Position numbers and translations under genes: made by a program. From contig JAFTFE010000095.1 of NCBI GenBank assembly GCA_017449765.1, forward strand, positions 1,326 to 65,325: DNA of 64,000 nt, given 5' to 3'. Under the pieces are notes generated by a model. It did not search any database, was not told the origin of the DNA, and saw only the letters and a program-made list of their open reading frames with translations. Of this stretch, positions 57,527 through 64,000 are shown one piece after another; the first letter of the stretch is position 1, and each line of letters opens with the position of its first letter. Source of the DNA: Lachnospiraceae bacterium (GTDB lineage Bacteria > Bacillota > Clostridia > Lachnospirales > Lachnospiraceae).

Positions 57527-60500
57527 ATGCCAAAAAGAACTGATATCAACAAAGTATTAATTATTGGTTCCGGTCCTATCATTATCGGTCAGGCGTGTGA
57601 GTTTGACTATTCCGGAACACAGGCATGTAAGGCACTTCGCAAGCTCGGTTATGAGATAGTTCTCGTTAATTCTAACCCTGCAACTATCATGACAGATCCG
57701 GAGATAGCTGATGTTACTTACATTGAGCCTTTAAATGTCAATAGATTGGAGCAGATTATCGCCAAAGAGCGTCCTGATGCCTTACTGCCAAATCTTGGTG
57801 GTCAGTCAGGACTTAATTTATGTGCCGAGCTCAACAATGCCGGTGTACTTGATAAGTACAATGTCAAGGTTATAGGTGTTCAGGTAGATGCTATCGAACG
57901 TGGTGAGGACCGTATAGAGTTCAAGAAGACAATGGACAGCATAGGTATCGAGATGGCCAGAAGTGAGGTCGCTTATTCTGTGGATGAGGCACTTGCTATA
58001 GCAGATAAGCTTGGATATCCGGTTGTTTTAAGACCTGCCTACACTATGGGAGGCGCCGGCGGTGGTCTCGTATATAATAAAGAGGAGTTAAAGGTTGTCT
58101 GTGCCAGAGGACTTCAGGCAAGTCTGGTTGGACAGGTGCTTGTAGAAGAGTCAATTTTAGGCTGGGAGGAGCTCGAGTTAGAGGTTGTAAGAGATGCTGA
58201 TAACAACATTATAACTGTATGCTTTATCGAAAATATTGATCCTCTCGGAGTACATACCGGTGATTCCTTCTGTTCGGCTCCTATGCTTACAATTTCCGAG
58301 GAATGTCAGAAGAAATTGCAAGAGCAGGCATATAAGATTGTTGAAAAGGTTCAGGTTATAGGTGGAACAAATGTACAGTTTGCTCATGATCCTGTAACTG
58401 ACAGAATCATTGTTATAGAGATTAACCCAAGAACTTCACGTTCTTCTGCACTTGCTTCAAAGGCAACAGGTTTCCCTATAGCACTTGTATCGGCAATGCT
58501 TGCAACAGGACTTACACTTAAGGATATTCCATGCGGTAAGTACGGAACTCTTGATAAGTATAAGCCGGATGGTGACTATGTAGTTATCAAGTTTGCAAGA
58601 TGGGCATTTGAAAAGTTCAAGAATGTTGAGGATAAGCTTGGTACCCAGATGCGTGCCGTAGGTGAAGTAATGAGTATTGGTAAGACCTACAAGGAGGCAT
58701 TCCAGAAGGCTATCCGAAGCCTTGAGACAGGTCGTTACGGTCTTGGACATGCCAAGAATTTTGACACACTTTCAAAGGAAGAATTGCTTAAGCTTCTTAT
58801 TACTCCTTCAAGTGAGAGACATTTTGTAATGTATGAGGCTCTTCGTAAGGGTGCAACAGTTGAAGAGATATTTGATATAACCAAGGTTAAGACTTATTTC
58901 ATCGAGCAGATGAAGGAGCTTGTGGAAGAGGAAGAGGAAATCTTAAAGCACAAGGGTTCTATGCTTCCTGATGATATGCTCATCACTGCAAAGAAGGATG
59001 GTTTCTCCGATAAGTATTTAAGCCAGCTTCTTGAAATACCTGAGGAGGATATACGTAATAAGCGTATAGAACTTGGTGTTGAAGAAAACTGGGAGGGTGT
59101 ACACGTAAGCGGTACCGAAAACAGCGCATATTATTATTCTACATATAACGGAGAGGACAAGAATCCTATTAATACAGATAAGCCAAAGATTATGATACTT
59201 GGCGGTGGTCCTAACCGTATAGGTCAGGGTATCGAGTTTGATTATTGTTGTGTACATGCTGCAAAGGCATTAAAGCAGCTTGGTTTTGAAACAATAATTG
59301 TAAACTGTAACCCTGAGACAGTTTCAACAGACTATGATACATCTGATAAGCTTTATTTTGAACCGCTTACTCTTGAGGATGTACTCAGCATATATAAGAA
59401 GGAAAAGCCGGTTGGTGTAATCGCTCAGTTCGGTGGACAGACTCCGCTTAACTTAGCTGCCGACTTGGAGAAAAACGGTGTTAAGATTCTTGGTACTGCA
59501 CCTGCGGTTATCGACCTTGCTGAGGACAGAGATTTATTCAGAGCAATGATGGATAAGCTTGAGATTCCTATGCCTGAGTCGGGTATGGCAACAACCGTTG
59601 ATGAGGCAATCAGTATCGCCAATAAGATCGGTTATCCGGTTATGGTTCGTCCTTCCTACGTACTTGGCGGACGTGGTATGGAGGTTGTATACGATGATGA
59701 GAGTATGACCGAGTATATGAATGCGGCTGTAGGTGTAACTCCTGACAGACCTATACTTATCGACCGTTTCCTTAACCATGCTCTTGAGTGTGAAGCAGAT
59801 GCCATAAGTGACGGTGAGCATGCATTTGTACCTGCCGTTATGGAGCATATCGAGCTTGCAGGTGTTCATTCAGGTGACTCGGCATGTATCATACCTTCAT
59901 TACATATATCTGAAGAAAATGTAAAGACTATTAAGGAATATACAAGAAAGATTGCAGAGGAAATGCATGTAAAGGGTCTTATGAATATGCAGTATGCAAT
60001 CGAAAACGGAAAGGTTTATGTGCTTGAGGCTAACCCAAGAGCATCCCGTACGGTACCTCTTGTATCTAAGGTATGTAATATCCGTATGGTTCCTCTTGCA
60101 ACTGATATTATTACATCAGAGCTTACAGGAAGACCATCACCTGTACCTTCACTTAAGGAGCAGCACATACCATATTATGGTGTTAAGGAAGCAGCATTTC
60201 CGTTTAATATGTTCCAGGAGGTTGACCCGGTTCTCGGACCTGAAATGCGCTCAACGGGTGAGGTCCTCGGTATATCAGAGCATTATGGTGAAGCTTTTTA
60301 CAAATCACAGGAGGCAGTTCAGTCTAAGCTTCCTTTAGAGGGAACAGTTCTTATATCCGTAAACAGAAAGGATAAGGACGAGGTAGTTGAAGTTGCTAAG
60401 AGCTTTGAGGCATCAGGCTTCAATATTCTTGCTACCAGCGGAACATATGACATTATAACTGCAGCAGGAGTTAAGGCAACCGTTGTCAAGAAGCTTCATG

Positions 60501-60757
60501 AGGGCAGACCTAATATGCTTGATATGATTACCAACGGAGATATCGATCTTATAGTCAATTCTCCTGTAGGTAAGGACAGTATATATGATGACAGCTACTT
60601 AAGAAAGGCTGCAATTAAGGGCAGAGTTCCTTATATGACAACAATTGCTGCAGCAAAGGCTACGGCTGAAGGTATCGCATATGTTAAGGCACATAAGGAT
60701 GAAAACAACAGTATTAAGTCCTTACAGGCTTGGCATAGCGAGATTACGGATAAATAA
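57527..60757 (+). CDS. carB: Carbamoyl-phosphate synthase large subunit
   Basis: MPKRTDI..GSGPIIIGQACEFDYSG, GPNRIGQGIEFDY, C-terminal MGS domain. Start after AAGGAG. Confidence 0.97.
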   Translation: MPKRTDINKVLIIGSGPIIIGQACEFDYSGTQACKALRKLGYEIVLVNSNPATIMTDPEIADVTYIEPLNVNRLEQIIAKERPDALLPNLGGQSGLNLCAELNNAGVLDKYNVKVIGVQVDAIERGEDRIEFKKTMDSIGIEMARSEVAYSVDEALAIADKLGYPVVLRPAYTMGGAGGGLVYNKEELKVVCARGLQASLVGQVLVEESILGWEELELEVVRDADNNIITVCFIENIDPLGVHTGDSFCSAPMLTISEECQKKLQEQAYKIVEKVQVIGGTNVQFAHDPVTDRIIVIEINPRTSRSSALASKATGFPIALVSAMLATGLTLKDIPCGKYGTLDKYKPDGDYVVIKFARWAFEKFKNVEDKLGTQMRAVGEVMSIGKTYKEAFQKAIRSLETGRYGLGHAKNFDTLSKEELLKLLITPSSERHFVMYEALRKGATVEEIFDITKVKTYFIEQMKELVEEEEEILKHKGSMLPDDMLITAKKDGFSDKYLSQLLEIPEEDIRNKRIELGVEENWEGVHVSGTENSAYYYSTYNGEDKNPINTDKPKIMILGGGPNRIGQGIEFDYCCVHAAKALKQLGFETIIVNCNPETVSTDYDTSDKLYFEPLTLEDVLSIYKKEKPVGVIAQFGGQTPLNLAADLEKNGVKILGTAPAVIDLAEDRDLFRAMMDKLEIPMPESGMATTVDEAISIANKIGYPVMVRPSYVLGGRGMEVVYDDESMTEYMNAAVGVTPDRPILIDRFLNHALECEADAISDGEHAFVPAVMEHIELAGVHSGDSACIIPSLHISEENVKTIKEYTRKIAEEMHVKGLMNMQYAIENGKVYVLEANPRASRTVPLVSKVCNIRMVPLATDIITSELTGRPSPVPSLKEQHIPYYGVKEAAFPFNMFQEVDPVLGPEMRSTGEVLGISEHYGEAFYKSQEAVQSKLPLEGTVLISVNRKDKDEVVEVAKSFEASGFNILATSGTYDIITAAGVKATVVKKLHEGRPNMLDMITNGDIDLIVNSPVGKDSIYDDSYLRKAAIKGRVPYMTTIAAAKATAEGIAYVKAHKDENNSIKSLQAWHSEITDK

Positions 60758-60765
60758 AAATATAG

Positions 60766-61059
60766 GTCGGTTAGATGAAGTGGTATTCTTTGATTAGGAT
60801 ATCACACTAAGGCAGACAGACAAGAAACAGGCAGCTACGCAACATGCAATCAATTTGTTAAATCAGCGCACTCAGATTTTCTAAATTCACACGAAATCGA
60901 GAACTCGCTACGCTCAGACAGCTCGATTTCTGAATGAATTTATTCAAACCATTCGTTGCTGATTTTACACAAATTGTGCAAATTGTTGCTATAGCTGCCT
61001 GTTTCTTGTCTGTCTGCCTTAGTGCAACATCCAAATCAATGAATACCCATCTAACCGAC
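60766..61059. repeat. ~294-nt rod-like imperfect palindrome (element B)
   Basis: gtcggttagatg/catctaaccgac ends; 33-bp perfect arm cactaaggcagacagacaagaaacaggcagcta with its reverse complement; apical loop aactcgctacgctcagacag. Confidence 0.88.
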
Positions 61060-61321
61060 ATGCTGCGCATATGTTGGATTTATATATATATTGAAACAAT
61101 TATAAGTTCTGCGCTGTAGCTGTTTTATTAGTCGGATATGATATAGTGTTAACATTGTTTACATAATTTGAAGCTGTTTACATAATAATGACACGATTTG
61201 TTGCATTTTGTGAATTTTACTTTTTTTATATTGAATTTTTAATTTCTATGTTTTATGTTCTGATTAATCTTCCTTATATAGTTATAAAATCTTAACCTCA
61301 TATTTTATCAAAATAAAAAAT

Positions 61322-61365
61322 ATAACAAATTTGTTATTGATGCATTATAACAAATTTGTTATTAT
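61322..61365 (+). promoter_or_regulatory. TA-module promoter with two perfect operator palindromes
   Basis: ATAACAAATTTGTTAT at 61322 and 61347, abutting TTGATG (-35) N17 TATTAT (-10). Confidence 0.85.
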
Positions 61366-61383
61366 AAAGAAGAAAAAGAATAT

Positions 61384-61768
61384 ATGTATAGAATAGAATT
61401 TTATGAAGATGAACATGGATATAGTGATGTAAAATCTTTTTTTATTGATTTGAGAGACAAATCTTCAACAAGTAAAGATGCCAGAATTAATTTTAATAAA
61501 ATAGTTGCTTATCTTGATATTTTAGAGGAGATGGGCACAAGGGTGGGAGAGCCTGTTACAAAACATACAGATGGAGATATTTGGGAATTAAGAGCATTAT
61601 CAAATCGTATATTATATGCTTTTTTTTTCGAATAATACATTTGTTTTGCTACATCATTTTGTGAAAAAGACAAATAAGACACCTAAAAGTGAAATTAAAA
61701 AAGCAATTCGTGAATTAGATGATTATAAAAAGAGGAGTGGTAATAATGAGTACATGGAAAGAATTTAG
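61384..61768 (+). pseudogene. RelE/HigB (Gp49-like) toxin, frameshifted in a T9 tract
   Basis: DIWELR..RILYAFF then a stop; removing one T continues FVLLHHFVKKTNKTPKSEIKKA, the family C-terminus. Confidence 0.85.
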
Positions 61769-62024
61769 AGAGGAACTTAATATTTCTGCTGATGAGGAAA
61801 ATATTATTGCACTTGAAAAAGAATTAATCAGAACTATGGTTGAAATTAGAGAAGAACAAGGTCTTTCTCAGGCAGAACTTGCAGCAAAGTGCAATGTTAA
61901 GCAACCTATGATAGCACGTATGGAAAAGTCTGTACATTCACCACAGATTGACAGTCTGCTAAGAATACTTACTCCATTAGGTTATACCTTGCAAATTGTT
62001 CCATTAAATAAAAAAGTAAAGTAG
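61746..62024 (+). CDS. XRE-family HTH antitoxin (HigA-like)
   Basis: REEQGLSQAELAAKCNVKQPMIARME; GAGGAG RBS; downstream of the toxin. Confidence 0.88.
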   Translation: MSTWKEFREELNISADEENIIALEKELIRTMVEIREEQGLSQAELAAKCNVKQPMIARMEKSVHSPQIDSLLRILTPLGYTLQIVPLNKKVK

Positions 62025-62310
62025 TATTTATTTGGAACACCAATGTAAATTTATATAATCTGTTTTCCGGTTGCATTTTGTCTGATTTTGTAGTATTCTA
62101 CTTTCGCAAGCAGATAAATATCTTTAATAAATGTAATCATCATTTAGGATTTCTCCTACAATCCAAAGATTATCCTGCTTAAATACCACACTAAAGATAA
62201 CAAACAAAACTTAAGAAACGGCAGGTGATGGAGCTATTATTTGTGGTTTATATTATTAGATTATTGAAATTAAAAAAACTATATTGTACAATAAGGGGGA
62301 AGAATAAATT

Positions 62311-63252
62311 ATGGACAATAATACTGCTAATTTTAAGGGTAATAATGTTGATTATTCTAATACCTTTGATGATGTGTTCCAGTCTCTTAAGAGTAATCAT
62401 CCGAAGTATTTTATACCCTTAATTAATTACAAATTCCAAAAGAATTATTCTTTAAATGAAGCTATTGAACTACTCCCGGCTGATGAATATATAACCGGAT
62501 ATTCAGAGGAGGAGAGCAGGCATGAGATTGAAAAAAGGATTACTGATTTTATCATTAAAATACGTGATGACAAATATCTCATAGAGTGTCAAAGCTACAA
62601 TGACGGTTCAATAGCGCTAAGGATTGTTGAGTATTCATTTCTTAACGCAAGGCAGGATGCAAAGAAGGATAATGGACGGCTGATAATTGAAATGCCATAC
62701 TATACCGTTATCTATATAAGAAGCAACTCTGCCACACCCAAAAGGACGGAAATCACATATAAATTCCCTAACGGAGAGGCAGTTAAATATGATGCTGACA
62801 ATCTTATTTTAAGTGATTTTACTAAAGAAGAAATAATAGAAAAGAAACTTTATGTACTTATACCGTTTTATATGCTTAGGTATGAAAGTATTATGAAAGA
62901 TGAAAATGCAGCTATAGAAGAGATTAATGAAGTTGAAAATGACATTGATTTCTTCATTAAATTTCTTGCAGATTCATTTCATAAAGAATCCATAAGCGGA
63001 TATGATTATAATAATTTCATTATATATATGGATATGATTATCAGGCATGTAACAAATGGTAATGAGAATGAAAGGAATCTGGTGAAGAATATGGGTGGAC
63101 ATGTAATTGTTACCGAAGCAGATAAAATATTCTGGGCTGGTAAAGATGAAGGACGAGCTGAAAGCGCGGAAATAATTGCAGAACAAAATAACACCATAGC
63201 TGAGCTTACAAAACAGATTGAAGAACTTAAAGCTGAGTTGAATCGGTCATAG
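62311..63252 (+). CDS. Rpn-like PD-(D/E)xK nuclease / putative transposase family protein
   Basis: KRITDFII..YLIECQS..IALRIVEY; C-terminal GKDEGR plus coiled coil. Confidence 0.7.
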   Translation: MDNNTANFKGNNVDYSNTFDDVFQSLKSNHPKYFIPLINYKFQKNYSLNEAIELLPADEYITGYSEEESRHEIEKRITDFIIKIRDDKYLIECQSYNDGSIALRIVEYSFLNARQDAKKDNGRLIIEMPYYTVIYIRSNSATPKRTEITYKFPNGEAVKYDADNLILSDFTKEEIIEKKLYVLIPFYMLRYESIMKDENAAIEEINEVENDIDFFIKFLADSFHKESISGYDYNNFIIYMDMIIRHVTNGNENERNLVKNMGGHVIVTEADKIFWAGKDEGRAESAEIIAEQNNTIAELTKQIEELKAELNRS

Positions 63253-63434
63253 TTCAAATCCACAAAGCTGCGGCATATAACCACTTTATAGCAGACACAT
63301 ATATGTATTGTATGTAAAGTCGGTTATATGCCGTATTTTTTGCTTTTTTCTTTTTATTTAAAATTATGTACCCACATCAGACAAAAAGTGGTATAATACT
63401 GATATGTATGTAAACATATTTCTTGGAGGACATG

Positions 63435-64000
63435 ATGGACGAGAAGTTTAAGCAGGAGATAGAGAAAAGAAGAACCTTTGCGATTATTTCACATCCGGAT
63501 GCGGGTAAGACAACTCTTACAGAGAAATTTTTGTTATATGGCGGTGCGATTAATACTGCAGGCTCTGTCAAGGGCAAGGCGAATTCAAAGTATGCTGTCT
63601 CAGACTGGATGGGGATAGAGAAGGAAAGAGGTATATCGGTTACATCATCAGTATTACAGTTTAACTATGATGGTTATTGTATAAATATTCTTGATACTCC
63701 GGGACACCAGGATTTCTCGGAGGATACCTATCGTACTCTTATGGCTGCCGATTCGGCGGTTATGGTTATAGATGCTTCTAAGGGTGTTGAGGCTCAGACG
63801 ATTAAACTTTTCAAAGTCTGTGTGATGAGACATATCCCTATTTTTACATTTATTAATAAGATGGATCTGGAAGCGAGAGATTCATTCGAGCTTCTTGATG
63901 ATATAGAGACTGTACTTGGTATAAGGACATGCCCGATTAATTGGCCTATTGGCTCAGGTAAGAGATTTAAGGGGGTATATGACAGAGATACGAAGAAGGT
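63435..64000 (+). CDS. prfC: Peptide chain release factor 3 (partial, runs off window)
   Basis: Hand translation: [52 protein letters not shown]; GGAGGA RBS. Confidence 0.95.
   Translation, partial: MDEKFKQEIEKRRTFAIISHPDAGKTTLTEKFLLYGGAINTAGSVKGKANSKYAVSDWMGIEKERGISVTSSVLQFNYDGYCINILDTPGHQDFSEDTYRTLMAADSAVMVIDASKGVEAQTIKLFKVCVMRHIPIFTFINKMDLEARDSFELLDDIETVLGIRTCPINWPIGSGKRFKGVYDRDTKK

Noticed and set aside
60858-61119. ORFs 60858..61070 (-) and 60934..61119 (+)
   Set aside because: They mirror each other because they lie within the palindromic element; no RBS or protein features.
432-63577. Numerous short antisense or overlapping ORFs in the track (e.g. 936..1370, 11225..11854, 56498..56980, 63377..63577)
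   Set aside because: They are shadows of longer, well-supported genes; 63377..63577 is antisense to prfC.
1-64000. tRNA, rRNA, integrase or intact IS transposase
   Set aside because: None recognised by eye; island boundaries and att sites could not be defined.

Overview
This is an AT-rich Bacillota chromosome segment, most likely Lachnospiraceae-like (inferred from gene content: spore-coat genes, a FapA-family gene, thrH, metY, carB, prfC). Bases 1-25.9 kb form an accessory region. It holds two apparent operons of large, signal-peptide-less, lysine/glutamate-rich proteins (1984, 2093, 368 and 1131 aa), each next to a GNAT acetyltransferase. One carries an atypical UbiB/ABC1 kinase domain and one a His/Cys papain-like domain. 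Both operons share a 20/21-identical upstream motif. Two AAA+DUF4143 ATPases in this region each have a 23-bp-period triple repeat upstream. Bases 26-37 kb hold a DUF2156 gene, a propeller/sensor/MFS fusion and a partner-switching cluster (2 PP2C, 2-3 RsbW-like, STAS, HD-GYP) with no sigma factor. At 38.7-40 kb, a non-coding array of six palindromic units (mostly 75-bp period) sits directly upstream of a predicted PD-(D/E)xK-type nuclease, between two flavodoxin paralogs. The rest is mostly housekeeping and signalling genes. It also contains two related ~290-nt rod-like palindromic elements, two CGAGC/GCGAG structured elements, a frameshifted RelE/HigB-type toxin with its antitoxin, and an Rpn-like nuclease. 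All calls come from reading motifs by eye; no database searches were run.
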